Source: Gammaproteobacteria bacterium
Lineage (GTDB): Bacteria; Pseudomonadota; Gammaproteobacteria; Pseudomonadales; Pseudohongiellaceae
Assembly (NCBI GenBank): GCA_030654835.1
Contig: JAURWS010000044.1
Span: 4,964 to 68,963, forward strand
Reading direction: 5' to 3'
DNA: 64,000 nt
The notes under the pieces were generated by a model. It was not told the DNA's origin, did not search any database, and saw nothing but the letters and a program-made list of their open reading frames with translations. A program made the position numbers and the translations under genes. This document shows, one piece after another, positions 49,254 through 58,508 of the stretch. The stretch's first letter is position 1, and each line of letters begins with the position of its first letter.

Positions 49254-50900
49254 CTACTGCGAGTTGTTCACCAACTGCCGTATATATTGCAGGAGATCGG
49301 TCGCCAGCATGCCGCGCTCACCCGCCGCCGCAGCGGCCAGATCTGCACTCTCACCGTGGACGCAGACAGCGCAGCGCAGGCTGTCTGCAAGGCTCAACCC
49401 CTGCGCAATGAACGCCCCGATCATGCCACTGAGCACGTCACCCATGCCGCCCGTGGCCATGCCCGGATTGCCTTCGGTGCATAATTCAATGTGCGGCGCC
49501 GCGCCCTCAACCCCAGGGGCCTCGAAGCACAACAGGCTGCCCGCGCCTTTCAGCAGACACGCGCCACCCCAGAGTTCCTGCAGACGTCGAACCGCCGCGA
49601 AGCGATCTGCCTTGACCTGCTCGTTGCTCCAACCCAGCAACCGTGCCGCCTCGCCAGGATGGGGCGTCAGCACCCAGTTCTGGTGGCGCAGCCCCGATGC
49701 ACTTGCGGGCGCGTTCGAACGACCGCTGCCACTTGCCAGCTCATTGAGCTGTGCGCGCTTTTCCGCCAGCAGATTGAGCGCGTCGGCATCGACCACCAGC
49801 GGAATCCGCTGCCCGGCCTCCTGCAACACCAACCGCAACATGGCAGCCGACCAAGCTGAACGCCCCAAGCCCGGGCCGATGACCACGACACTCGCGCGGG
49901 CGATCATCCGCACGACCACTTCGGCATCGTCGCCGTCAGGCGCTTCAATGGCGCGCACCATGATCTCTGGACGGCGCGACAGCATCGCCGTCACATGCGC
50001 GGCTCGCGTCAACAGGCTCACCGTGCCGGCACCGCTGCGCGCCGCTGCCTCTGCCGCCATCAAAGCGGCGCCACCATAGCCGACATCCCCACCAACGACA
50101 AGCACATGCCCGCAGTCACCCTTGTGGGTAGACGGGCGCCGCAGCGGCAGCAATTTCGCGACGCTATGGACGTCGATGCGGGTGGCCGACACGGCGCGCA
50201 CCGACTCGCTCTGCAGCACCATGTCCGGCAGGGCGAGATCATGGAACACAATCTCGCCCGCGCAATCCGGCCCGTCCGCCGTCAATAGCCCCTGTTTCAA
50301 GCCGATGAAGCACACCGTCACGGCGGCGCACACCACCACCTCGGCCGCAACCCCGGTGTCGCTGTTCAGCCCGGAAGGAATGTCGACAGCCACCACCGGC
50401 ACGCCAGTGGCATTGATCCAGTTGATCGCATCCCGATACTCCGGGCGCAGCTCACCACGCATGCCGATCCCCAGCAGTGCGTCGACCACAACGGTATCGC
50501 CGTGACCATCCCACAACTCAATATTCCCTGTATCAACAGCGGGCAGCGGCTCACAGGAGATGCCCTGCGCCAGCACCCGCTGTCTCGCGCTCAGCGCATC
50601 GCCACTGAGGCGCTCGACGGCGCCAGGCTCCAGTACGCGGACACTCAGGCCCTGCATGCCCGCAAGGGCGGCCACCAGGTAACCATCACCGCCGTTATTG
50701 CCAGTGCCGCAGACCACCAGCAGGCGCCGGGCCTGGGGCCAGCGCTGCAAGATGACGTTCAAGACGACACTGGCGGCACGCTGCATCAGTTCCGCGCCGG
50801 GAATGTCGGCCTGTTCGATGGCATAGCGATCGATCGCACGCACCTGATCCGCGCTGTAAAGCGCGCGAGGAAGGCGGGTCGAGGAGACGAATCGGTTCAC
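49254..50900 (-). CDS. nnr: bifunctional NAD(P)H-hydrate epimerase/dehydratase
   Basis: YjeF-N motif CGTGNNGGDG and a C-terminal carbohydrate-kinase-like GGMGDVLSG. Confidence 0.9.
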   Translation of the reverse strand: MNRFVSSTRLPRALYSADQVRAIDRYAIEQADIPGAELMQRAASVVLNVILQRWPQARRLLVVCGTGNNGGDGYLVAALAGMQGLSVRVLEPGAVERLSGDALSARQRVLAQGISCEPLPAVDTGNIELWDGHGDTVVVDALLGIGMRGELRPEYRDAINWINATGVPVVAVDIPSGLNSDTGVAAEVVVCAAVTVCFIGLKQGLLTADGPDCAGEIVFHDLALPDMVLQSESVRAVSATRIDVHSVAKLLPLRRPSTHKGDCGHVLVVGGDVGYGGAALMAAEAAARSGAGTVSLLTRAAHVTAMLSRRPEIMVRAIEAPDGDDAEVVVRMIARASVVVIGPGLGRSAWSAAMLRLVLQEAGQRIPLVVDADALNLLAEKRAQLNELASGSGRSNAPASASGLRHQNWVLTPHPGEAARLLGWSNEQVKADRFAAVRRLQELWGGACLLKGAGSLLCFEAPGVEGAAPHIELCTEGNPGMATGGMGDVLSGMIGAFIAQGLSLADSLRCAVCVHGESADLAAAAAGERGMLATDLLQYIRQLVNNSQ

Positions 50901-50966
50901 GTGCAGCTACCCCTGCATAATGTTATTGACTGCTTGTCATGGAGTTGAACAAAGCGGTCACGCCGC

Positions 50967-51410
50967 TCAACGATCAAACCGGTGGATCAGACGGCGCACC
51001 AGTTGCAGAGCCGATTCCAGCTCCGCGAGTGGCACGTCTTCCGTGCTCTCGATAGCCCAGGGATCCTGGACGGCACGCAATGCGCTGTAGGCCTCCTGGC
51101 CGACGTCGGTCAGGCAGACCAGCACCGAACGCTTGTGGTCGGGGTTGCGCTGATAGCGCAGCAGCCCGTCCTGCTCCATGACATCGGTGATGCGTTGCAC
51201 GGCTTGGCGCGATTGGCCCAGCGTACGGGCAATGCCGGGCACTGTGACGCCGGAATGGGACAGCGCGATGACGCCGATCACTTTCCAGCGGGCACTGGTC
51301 AGCCCCAGCGATTCCGCCATGCGGTCGCCTTCAGCCACCAGCAGTCCGTTCAAACGGAACAGTGACAACACCAGATCGAGAAAAGGTTTACGTTTGGGTG
51401 AATGAGCCAT
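50967..51410 (-). CDS. MarR-family transcriptional regulator
   Basis: Winged-helix core ..LTSARWKVIGVIALS..VPGIARTLGQSRQAVQRI.. GGAGG lies 6 nt before the ATG at 51410. Confidence 0.85.
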   Translation of the reverse strand: MAHSPKRKPFLDLVLSLFRLNGLLVAEGDRMAESLGLTSARWKVIGVIALSHSGVTVPGIARTLGQSRQAVQRITDVMEQDGLLRYQRNPDHKRSVLVCLTDVGQEAYSALRAVQDPWAIESTEDVPLAELESALQLVRRLIHRFDR

Positions 51411-51447
51411 GCCAGCCTCCGCCATTAACAAGCAGCATGCTGTCATC

Positions 51448-51465
51448 TTGACCCATTACTGTCAA
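51448..51465. promoter_or_regulatory. candidate MarR operator
   Basis: Perfect inverted repeat TTGAC-N8-GTCAA about 40 nt upstream of the MarR start, in the divergent intergenic region. Confidence 0.4.
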
Positions 51466-51609
51466 TCAAGAAGCACCGAAGCGCTGTTGATGCTGACGGT
51501 GAATGGTCGTGTGGATGCTGCGGCTATTGGTGAGACCGCCGTTTTGCGGTAGCTTAAGCGCCAACGTCATTCAAAATCAGCAAGCAGGACAGCAGGGTTT
51601 GCCACCATC

Positions 51610-52404
51610 ATGAGGAATGTGCTCGCGAGAATTTTCTTCCTGCCCGCGAAAGCTCTGTCCGCTCTGAGCATAATCCTGCTTCCAATACTGGCCACGGCGC
51701 AACCGCTGGCTCCTGTCGACGACACCTTGCCACAGGACATTGCAGGCGAGTTTGCCTTCGTGCGTCTGGAATACGACAACTACTACAACGATGGTTTCGG
51801 CCGTGGCACCTGGCAAACAGATTTCCCCAACGCCGATTCCAACTTCCTGCGCGGCGTCTCCCGCCTGACCAATGTGCGCGTGATGAGCGAGCCAATTGTG
51901 CTGCGTTTCGATGACCGCCGGGTGTTCGACTACCCGTTCCTCTACGCCCTGGAGATGGGCCGCAGCGGTGGCCCGCTTTTCAATTCCATCGAGAAGGAAA
52001 ACATGCGCGAGTATCTGCTGCGCGGTGGTTTTCTATTGATCGATGATTTCTGGGGCACTCGGCAGTGGGACAGCTTCTACCGCGCCTTCACAGATGTGTT
52101 TCCGGATCGCGAGATCATCGAACTGCCGACGGACCACGAGGTCTTCCACAGCTATTACGACATCGACGGTCCGCAGATGATTCCCGTCATCGGCAACCCT
52201 GACAACTATCCGGAGCAGGATGTCGACCGCGCCTCCAACCACGCGATTCTGGATGACGACGGCCGGGTGATGGTGTTGATCAACTGGAATTCGGATATGG
52301 GCGACGGCTGGGAGCACACCTACGATCCGAGCTACCCGACCCGCCACGCCAATCTGGCTTATCAGCTGGGCATCAACTATCTGATCTATTCACTGACGCA
52401 CTGA
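51610..52404 (+). CDS. DUF4159 domain protein (exported)
   Basis: Signal-like N-terminus, then FAFVRLEYD..WQTDFPNAD..YPFLY..GGFLLIDDFWG.., the pattern I recall for DUF4159. Confidence 0.7.
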   Translation: MRNVLARIFFLPAKALSALSIILLPILATAQPLAPVDDTLPQDIAGEFAFVRLEYDNYYNDGFGRGTWQTDFPNADSNFLRGVSRLTNVRVMSEPIVLRFDDRRVFDYPFLYALEMGRSGGPLFNSIEKENMREYLLRGGFLLIDDFWGTRQWDSFYRAFTDVFPDREIIELPTDHEVFHSYYDIDGPQMIPVIGNPDNYPEQDVDRASNHAILDDDGRVMVLINWNSDMGDGWEHTYDPSYPTRHANLAYQLGINYLIYSLTH

Positions 52405-52426
52405 TCTATTTATTGGCGCGCTGGCA

Positions 52427-53395
52427 TCATTGTGCACGCATGGCGGCACAGTAGTCTTCGGTGGTGACAGCGGGCGTGAACCACAGATAGTCGTAGGGCG
52501 CTGTCGCGGAAAACGCCTCAGTGTAATCCGCAGGCACATCCGACTCCGGGCTCACCTCCATGAACCCCAGCGTGACGATGTCCTCCTCCGCCGTGGCGGG
52601 CATATCCACCAGCCCGGCGGCCAGGTAGTTGGGCACTCCCAGATCACGGCGCACATGGTAATTGCCTGCGATCAGCACGCGCTTGCCAGCCGACTCCTGC
52701 GCGGCCAGCAGGCTACGCGCCATGCTGGCATCCCGGCTCTGCTGCACCCGCACCATCGCGGGGAATTGACTGGCTGGCAGCATGCCGCAATGGCTCTCGT
52801 CGATATCCTTGTTGAGCTGCTCCATCTGCACCGCATCCATCACCGCTGCAACCTCGGCATCGAGTTCACTTCCGTAAACCGTCATCATCTCGTCGCGGCT
52901 GATGTTGCCAGCCTGCACTGGTACGCCCGCACTCAACAGATCGGTCAGCACCGGGCCATAGAAATTCCAGTCCCAGCCCTCTGCGTCCCACTGCAGATGC
53001 TCTTGCAACGCCTGCGCGGATCTCAAATCCACACCGCTGAAATCATCCACCAGCGCCTGCTGACTACTGTCCAGCATCTCGAAACTGACCACGCCGAGCG
53101 TTCCTTCCGCCAGCATGCCCTGCAGGAGCGTCCTGCGCAGACGGTGATGATCAGGATTGTCGTGCTTCTCACCCAGCAGCAGGAAACGCTTGCCGGACAA
53201 TGCCAGCTGCATCTCCTCGGCGGAGATGAAACGTTGATCGCTGGCGCGCCAGATGCGGCCCACCAGCGGGTGATCCTGATGCAGCGGGGATAGCCAGCCA
53301 GATTCGGTTTGCGTGGAGGAGGAAGGAGACAAGCCCGCACAACCAGACAGAGCGAGGAGGGTGAGGCTCAATAGCAGGCGTCGGGACAAGGGCAT
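52427..53395 (-). CDS. ChaN-family lipoprotein
   Basis: Lipobox LALSGC and the motif FLLLGEKHDNPDHH typical of ChaN/PF04187-like proteins. Confidence 0.7.
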   Translation of the reverse strand: MPLSRRLLLSLTLLALSGCAGLSPSSSTQTESGWLSPLHQDHPLVGRIWRASDQRFISAEEMQLALSGKRFLLLGEKHDNPDHHRLRRTLLQGMLAEGTLGVVSFEMLDSSQQALVDDFSGVDLRSAQALQEHLQWDAEGWDWNFYGPVLTDLLSAGVPVQAGNISRDEMMTVYGSELDAEVAAVMDAVQMEQLNKDIDESHCGMLPASQFPAMVRVQQSRDASMARSLLAAQESAGKRVLIAGNYHVRRDLGVPNYLAAGLVDMPATAEEDIVTLGFMEVSPESDVPADYTEAFSATAPYDYLWFTPAVTTEDYCAAMRAQ

Positions 53396-53449
53396 GATGT
53401 TCCTGTTTGGAAGGTTCTGCTAGTCAGGGTTCTGTTAGTCAGGGCACTG

Positions 53450-53956
53450 CTAGTCCGGGTTCTTGGGATAATCGAATCGCAGCAGACGCCCCACGCCCGG
53501 CTGTAGATCAAACCAGTTTTCAACCGGCAACTGCAGAGCGACGAGGCCGCAGGTGGGGATATTGTCGATGCCCGCATGCGCCAGATCGTTGGCCAGATCA
53601 GTCAGCGCCGGGTTATGCGCCACCAGCATGGCGCTGCTCGCACTCTCGTCGAACAGGGCGATCAGTTGCTGCAGTTTGGGGCTGCCAGCGAGGTAAATCT
53701 GTCGATTCTGCACGATGCGCTCGGGGTCGATACCCAGCACCTCACAGAACAGCGTCGCGGTCGTGTAGGCGCGCAGGGCGGGACTGCTGACGATCAAATC
53801 GATCCTCTCCCCGCGCTCTTTCAGAAGTTCGACCAGGCGCTCAGCCATCTCGGGAGCATCATGGAAGCCGCGCTCATTCAGAGGGCGGTCGAAATCCTTG
53901 ACGTCGGGCGTCGCCCAGCTGGACTTGGCGTGACGCAATATATACAGAGTTTTCAT
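53450..53956 (-). CDS. histidine phosphatase family protein (SixA-like)
   Basis: MKTLYILRHAKSSW.. RHA catalytic motif. About 168 aa. Confidence 0.8.
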   Translation of the reverse strand: MKTLYILRHAKSSWATPDVKDFDRPLNERGFHDAPEMAERLVELLKERGERIDLIVSSPALRAYTTATLFCEVLGIDPERIVQNRQIYLAGSPKLQQLIALFDESASSAMLVAHNPALTDLANDLAHAGIDNIPTCGLVALQLPVENWFDLQPGVGRLLRFDYPKNPD

Positions 53957-54136
53957 AGCAGTGCTTTCGTTAATGGTATTGCGGTGGCTGGTGCTTCTTC
54001 AGGCCCAGGCATTTTACGTCATAAGCAGCGGGCACGAAATGAAAAGCGTCTTCGTGTCGGCGGCTGCCATGAGGAAATAGTTCTACCAAAAAAAATCCCA
54101 CAGCTGCCACAACAACTGCGGGAAAAAGAGCGGAGA

Positions 54137-54200
54137 GTGCCCTGCTAAAAAAGTGCCCTGCCCAAAAGGTGTCCTGCTCAAAGAGAGCACTACCCAAAAC
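54137..54200. repeat. four tandem 16-bp repeats
   Basis: gtgccctgctaaaaaa / gtgccctgcccaaaag / gtgtcctgctcaaaga / gagcactacccaaaac, head-to-tail in an intergenic region. Confidence 0.8.
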
Positions 54201-54273
54201 AAACAAGGAGTGTGGTGCGGAAGAGAGCAGGCTGCCGGCCCGGGCACGGCAGCTGCGTGTCAGGAAATCTACA

Positions 54274-55851
54274 TCAGGCGCTGGCCGACTCGGCACGCAC
54301 GCGCTGATCCAGCTCGGCAAGCGCCACGTGCGCCGCCTGCATGGCGCTTTCCATCCATGCCGTGTGCTTGCTGACCTGATCGCCGATCAGCCAGTAGCGG
54401 CCGTTGACGGAGTGCTGCAGGGTGCTGAATATCTGCTCCTCCTCCGGCGTCACGACATTCCAGCGTGCGGAGCAGCCGAGCATGTGGTTCATACGGTGCC
54501 AGGCGATGGTCACACCCTTCTCGACCATGCTGCGGTAATTCGAATGCACCTTCTCACCTTGAACAATCATTGCCTCAATGCGCTGTTCATGAGTCATGCG
54601 GGTGAAGGCCATGCCATTGCCATAGTCGTAAGCGGCAAGCACCACGCCCTTGGCCTTGTGAATGCCGTGCGGCGGGTACCAGATCTGACGGATCGGCTGA
54701 TTGGTCCAACTGATGCCGCCGTAGATGCCTTCCTTCTCCCAGAAGCGCTCTTTCCCCTGGAACGCGCCCTTGTAAGCGGTGCCTCGGCGGATGTACTTCA
54801 TCGCCTGGGTGTACTCGGTAGGCAGGTTGTTCGGGATGCCATTCATGAAGTGGCTGGGAATGGAGTTGAAGCAATAGTCGGCCTCGATGAGCTGACGCTG
54901 CCCGTCCTGCTGATATTCCACCGACACGCCATCATCGCGCAGGTTCAGCGACAACACCTGTGCCTTGTACTTGATCCTGGAGTCCAGCTGACGGGCAAAA
55001 CCTGCGGGAATCCTGTCCATGCCACCGACAGGCTGCATCAACATCGGGCCTGTTTCGCCTTCATTGTCGCTGATCACCTGGCGGACGGCATTCGCGCGCA
55101 GCAGGTTGCGAACGTCGATCATTTCCTTCTGCACCGTGTGAGTGACATAGTTGCCCGAGGCATAACCGGCGCGGTTGCTGCCCGTGTAGCGTCCCTCCGC
55201 ATTGAGGTCACCGAAGGCATGGATCATCTGCAGCACCAATTCCGCCTCTTCATCGGTAAAGGGCTTGTCGAGCTCAACCTCGGACATGGCCTTGTTCATC
55301 AGCTCTGCCATGAAGCCGCGCACGTTGGTGGTGAGCTCGGCATTGCGGATGGGCTTGCCACCCATAATATTGTCGTCCTGAATCCAGGCCATCTTGTTTT
55401 CGTTGATGAACAGCTCCAGGTCCACCCCCAGCTCTTTGCAGTAGTGCAGGACGTTGGTGTGCGTGCTGGGAATGCGGGCCGCACCGGCATTGAAGTACAT
55501 GTGCGGTTCATCGTCGAACTGGCAATACTGAGGGTTGCCGATCTCATCGATCAGGGTGCCGGCACGGACGGTGAAGACACGGCCACCGGCACGATGGGAA
55601 GACTCCAGCACGGTGCAGTCGTAACCCGCCTTGGTGAGTTCGTAAGCCACCGTCAGCCCGGAGATACCGGCACCGAGAATGACTGCTTTGCGATTCTGAT
55701 TGCTCAAACGCAACAATTCGGGAGCCGACGCGGAAGCGCTGGAGGGGATCATGCCAAGCGCGCTGGTAATACCGATGACGGCAGCCGTGCCGCCAGTAGC
55801 GGCCAGCAGATTCAGAAACTCACGACGGGAAACGGGATTTGACACTTGCAT
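54274..55851 (-). CDS. Tat-exported flavin amine oxidase family protein
   Basis: Twin-arginine signal SRREFLNLLAATGGTAAVIG. FAD dinucleotide fold VILGAGISGLTVAYEL..VLESSHRAGGR. Confidence 0.85.
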   Translation of the reverse strand: MQVSNPVSRREFLNLLAATGGTAAVIGITSALGMIPSSASASAPELLRLSNQNRKAVILGAGISGLTVAYELTKAGYDCTVLESSHRAGGRVFTVRAGTLIDEIGNPQYCQFDDEPHMYFNAGAARIPSTHTNVLHYCKELGVDLELFINENKMAWIQDDNIMGGKPIRNAELTTNVRGFMAELMNKAMSEVELDKPFTDEEAELVLQMIHAFGDLNAEGRYTGSNRAGYASGNYVTHTVQKEMIDVRNLLRANAVRQVISDNEGETGPMLMQPVGGMDRIPAGFARQLDSRIKYKAQVLSLNLRDDGVSVEYQQDGQRQLIEADYCFNSIPSHFMNGIPNNLPTEYTQAMKYIRRGTAYKGAFQGKERFWEKEGIYGGISWTNQPIRQIWYPPHGIHKAKGVVLAAYDYGNGMAFTRMTHEQRIEAMIVQGEKVHSNYRSMVEKGVTIAWHRMNHMLGCSARWNVVTPEEEQIFSTLQHSVNGRYWLIGDQVSKHTAWMESAMQAAHVALAELDQRVRAESASA

Positions 55852-55930
55852 GATCCTCTTTGACTATTGGTGCTGAATACCCTCTTCAATCCAGGGTGTG
55901 AAGACGAGTGAATTATTGCGATCGAGGCCG

Positions 55931-55966
55931 GGAAAGTCCTCCCAAAATCCTTCTGAAAACCTCCTA
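55931..55966 (-). promoter_or_regulatory. conserved box A upstream of the amine oxidase gene
   Basis: In gene orientation it reads taGGAGGttttcaGAAGGattttgGGAGGac. Three pentamers are spaced 11 bp apart, and the box is near-identical to box B. Confidence 0.55.
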
Positions 55967-56092
55967 AAGAATGGCTCTCGGCCTCGGGAGGATACTTTGC
56001 GCCACTTTGCCCCCCTCCCTTGACCTCTCCAACGTTCTGATATCTACTTGAGGCCGATTTCCAGCAAATATGCTCGATCATTTTCAACCCGG

Positions 56093-58186
56093 ATGAGACA
56101 GCCAGTGGCCTCGGACAAGCTAAACAGAATAAAGATCGGAGATTGGGAGGCATCGCTCACTACTTGCACCCTGATTCAGGGCGGCACCGAGGTGAAAGTG
56201 ACCCCCCGCAGCATGGACGTTCTCCATTACCTTGCAGAACAGGCAGGCGAGGTGGTCAGTCACGAGGAATTGCTCAATCGCTTCTGGCAGGGTTCGTTTC
56301 CATCCGATCATGCCGTCCACAAGGCCATCGCGGAACTGCGTAGCGCCCTCGGGGACGATGCTCACAATCCTACTTATATAAGGACAATCCCCAAGCGCGG
56401 CTACTCGCTGATCGCCGAGGTAGTGGTGGCCACTCCCATCACAGCTCCGCAAGCGGTTTCCGAGAAAAACCCGGCGGGGGAAGTCACCCAGGTCTCTCCA
56501 TTGAAGCTGCGCTTCAGCGCACTGCTGGACAAACGTATCATGGCCGCCGGGGCGGCCGCAGCCATCTTCCTGTCCGTGCTCATGTGGCCTGGCCAGCAGG
56601 TGTCCAGCGGCAAGGACGAGGTCGTGCGCCTCGCCGTACTGCCCTTCGTGGACCTTGAACCAAGTGCCGATAACAAATTCGTAACGGACGGACTGCGCGA
56701 ATCACTGGTGCATGGCCTTTCAAAACTCAGCCACCTGGAGGTCTTGTCCCCCTCACGCGGGCTCGATGGGGCGGAAGACAATCGTTCTGCGGAACGGGCC
56801 ATCGAACGCGCCCAGACCCTGAACGCCGATCATGTGTTGCAGGGCAGCGTGCAGTCGGCCGAGGGACGCCTGCGCGTGACGGTCCAGCTCATCCGCGCCA
56901 GTGATGGTCTTCATCAATATTCCGACCAATTTGATTTCCCGATAGAAGATCTATTTGGCGTGCAGGACCAAATCGTCTCCAACGTGGTCAGCGCCCTGAG
57001 CATTCACCTCGATGAAGAAGAGCGTTCGCAGATGCTCGACTGGGGCACCACCAACGCACTGGCCTACGAGAAATTCCTGCGCGGAGAGTTCTACTACAAC
57101 CAGTTCAGCCCTGCCGACTTCCAGCGCGCTATCGACTATCACCTCGCCGCCATTGAACTGGACCCCGAATTCCTCAACGCCTACCACGGCGCTGCCACGG
57201 CCGCCAACAACCTGGCGGTGTACAGCAGTGATGCCAGGATAGAGGAGCTGAGCCTGCTGATCGCCAACATTCACCGCGAAGTCTCGCGCATTGCGCCAGA
57301 CAGTCAGGTGCTAAGGTCTCTCAATGAAATACGTCTGCGCATGGGCGGCAACAACCAGATTCAGCAGGAAATGCAGATGCGCGAGCAGATTCTCACCGGC
57401 AATCCGCCGGAGTTCGCAGTCGCCCACTACGCGCTGTTCCTGATTGGCGCAAGGCTGTATGACGAGGCCAGCAGACTGCTCGACGCCGCCGGCGAAGTCG
57501 GCCCCTTCGAGATTTCTCCCGACGAAGTCTGGAGCTACCGCAACAACATTCAACCACCGCGCGCCATGCTGCTCGGTGCCAAAGGTCAGCTGCAGGAGCG
57601 CCCCTATCACGTCGGTTTCCTGGGAACGGTAGCAACCAACTCTGCACTGACTGGTGATTTCCGCCAAGCCGAGACCTATCTGAACCGTCAACGTGAAGTG
57701 GATACCGACGGCATCCTCGCTCATTACAGCGAGACCATCATCGGCTTCCTGAGCGGCAAAATCTCATTAGGCAATGAGGCCTACCAGGACATCATGAGCC
57801 GGGAAGGGGATTTCGCCTTCAACAAGGGCGCTCTCAGTTTCATGCTGGGTGATGTCGAGACGGGCATCACTCTGTGGCGCAACCTGACGGCGACCCAGAA
57901 GCGCCGGTTGTTCAACGTCACGCACGGCGCGGAGAAATACTTTCCGGTCTCCGTGCTGGAAGACCCCCGTTACCGGGCCCTGCTGGAAGAGCTGGGGCTT
58001 GGCAAGAGCTGGCAGCGTCAGCTCATGGAGGGGATCATGGCGACGGAGTCTGTCACCGGCGTAGGGCTGAGCGAAAAGTCTCGTCAGGCCTACGAGAGCA
58101 ACACCTTTCTTTCCCGCAATAACCTCTGGACCCCCGAACAGTGGTCCGAGCTGGATTCCCGCAAGCTGGCCATCCTGCAGCACTGA
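56093..58186 (+). CDS. membrane-anchored CadC/ToxR-like winged-helix regulator with periplasmic TPR-like domain
   Basis: OmpR/PhoB-type DNA-binding domain (..VKVTPRSMDVLHYL..IRTIPKRGYSL..). One TM helix (AAGAAAAIFLSVLMW). Then ..LAVLPFVDLE.. and a long helical-repeat region. The start is at 56093 (ATG) or 56048 (TTG). Confidence 0.8.
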   Translation: MRQPVASDKLNRIKIGDWEASLTTCTLIQGGTEVKVTPRSMDVLHYLAEQAGEVVSHEELLNRFWQGSFPSDHAVHKAIAELRSALGDDAHNPTYIRTIPKRGYSLIAEVVVATPITAPQAVSEKNPAGEVTQVSPLKLRFSALLDKRIMAAGAAAAIFLSVLMWPGQQVSSGKDEVVRLAVLPFVDLEPSADNKFVTDGLRESLVHGLSKLSHLEVLSPSRGLDGAEDNRSAERAIERAQTLNADHVLQGSVQSAEGRLRVTVQLIRASDGLHQYSDQFDFPIEDLFGVQDQIVSNVVSALSIHLDEEERSQMLDWGTTNALAYEKFLRGEFYYNQFSPADFQRAIDYHLAAIELDPEFLNAYHGAATAANNLAVYSSDARIEELSLLIANIHREVSRIAPDSQVLRSLNEIRLRMGGNNQIQQEMQMREQILTGNPPEFAVAHYALFLIGARLYDEASRLLDAAGEVGPFEISPDEVWSYRNNIQPPRAMLLGAKGQLQERPYHVGFLGTVATNSALTGDFRQAETYLNRQREVDTDGILAHYSETIIGFLSGKISLGNEAYQDIMSREGDFAFNKGALSFMLGDVETGITLWRNLTATQKRRLFNVTHGAEKYFPVSVLEDPRYRALLEELGLGKSWQRQLMEGIMATESVTGVGLSEKSRQAYESNTFLSRNNLWTPEQWSELDSRKLAILQH

Positions 58187-58298
58187 TCTTCAAGCTCTTG
58201 ACCCCAGGCTCCTTCTCAATTTCTGCATTTCATGATTCAGCAAGGCGCATAGCGCCCAACCCCTCTGCACGCCCGTGAATTGCCCCCTTCCAGAGTTA

Positions 58299-58335
58299 TA
58301 GGAGGTATTCAGAAGGTTTTGGGGAGGACTTCCCT
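58299..58335 (+). promoter_or_regulatory. conserved box B upstream of the TonB-dependent receptor gene
   Basis: taGGAGGtattcaGAAGGttttggGGAGGacttccct, with pentamers at 58301, 58312 and 58323 (11-bp phasing). Confidence 0.55.
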
Positions 58336-58508
58336 GCCCCCTCTCTCGATAATCGAAGGCGCTATCTGGTTGACTCACTTCACGACCCACTGGAGTTTAC
58401 AAAGCCCCTGCAAGTACCACCTTGCGTAGAAGGGCTGTCGTACAGGACTGAAGTAATTTAGAAACCATCCTTCGCAAATCTAGAAAATGAAGACAAGGGA
58501 ATAGAACT

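Noticed and set aside
49015-50079. 354-aa plus-strand ORF
   Set aside because: It is antisense to nnr and tsaE, and its composition is Ala/Ser/Pro/Arg-rich and low-complexity.
53970-54320. 116-aa minus-strand ORF
   Set aside because: It is a translation through the 16-bp tandem repeat array and the 3' end of the oxidase gene, so it is unlikely to be coding.
54169-55842. 557-aa plus-strand ORF
   Set aside because: It is antisense to the flavin amine oxidase, which has clear Tat and FAD motifs. The plus-strand product has no motifs and the Ala/Gly/His/Leu/Val-rich composition typical of GC-rich antisense frames.
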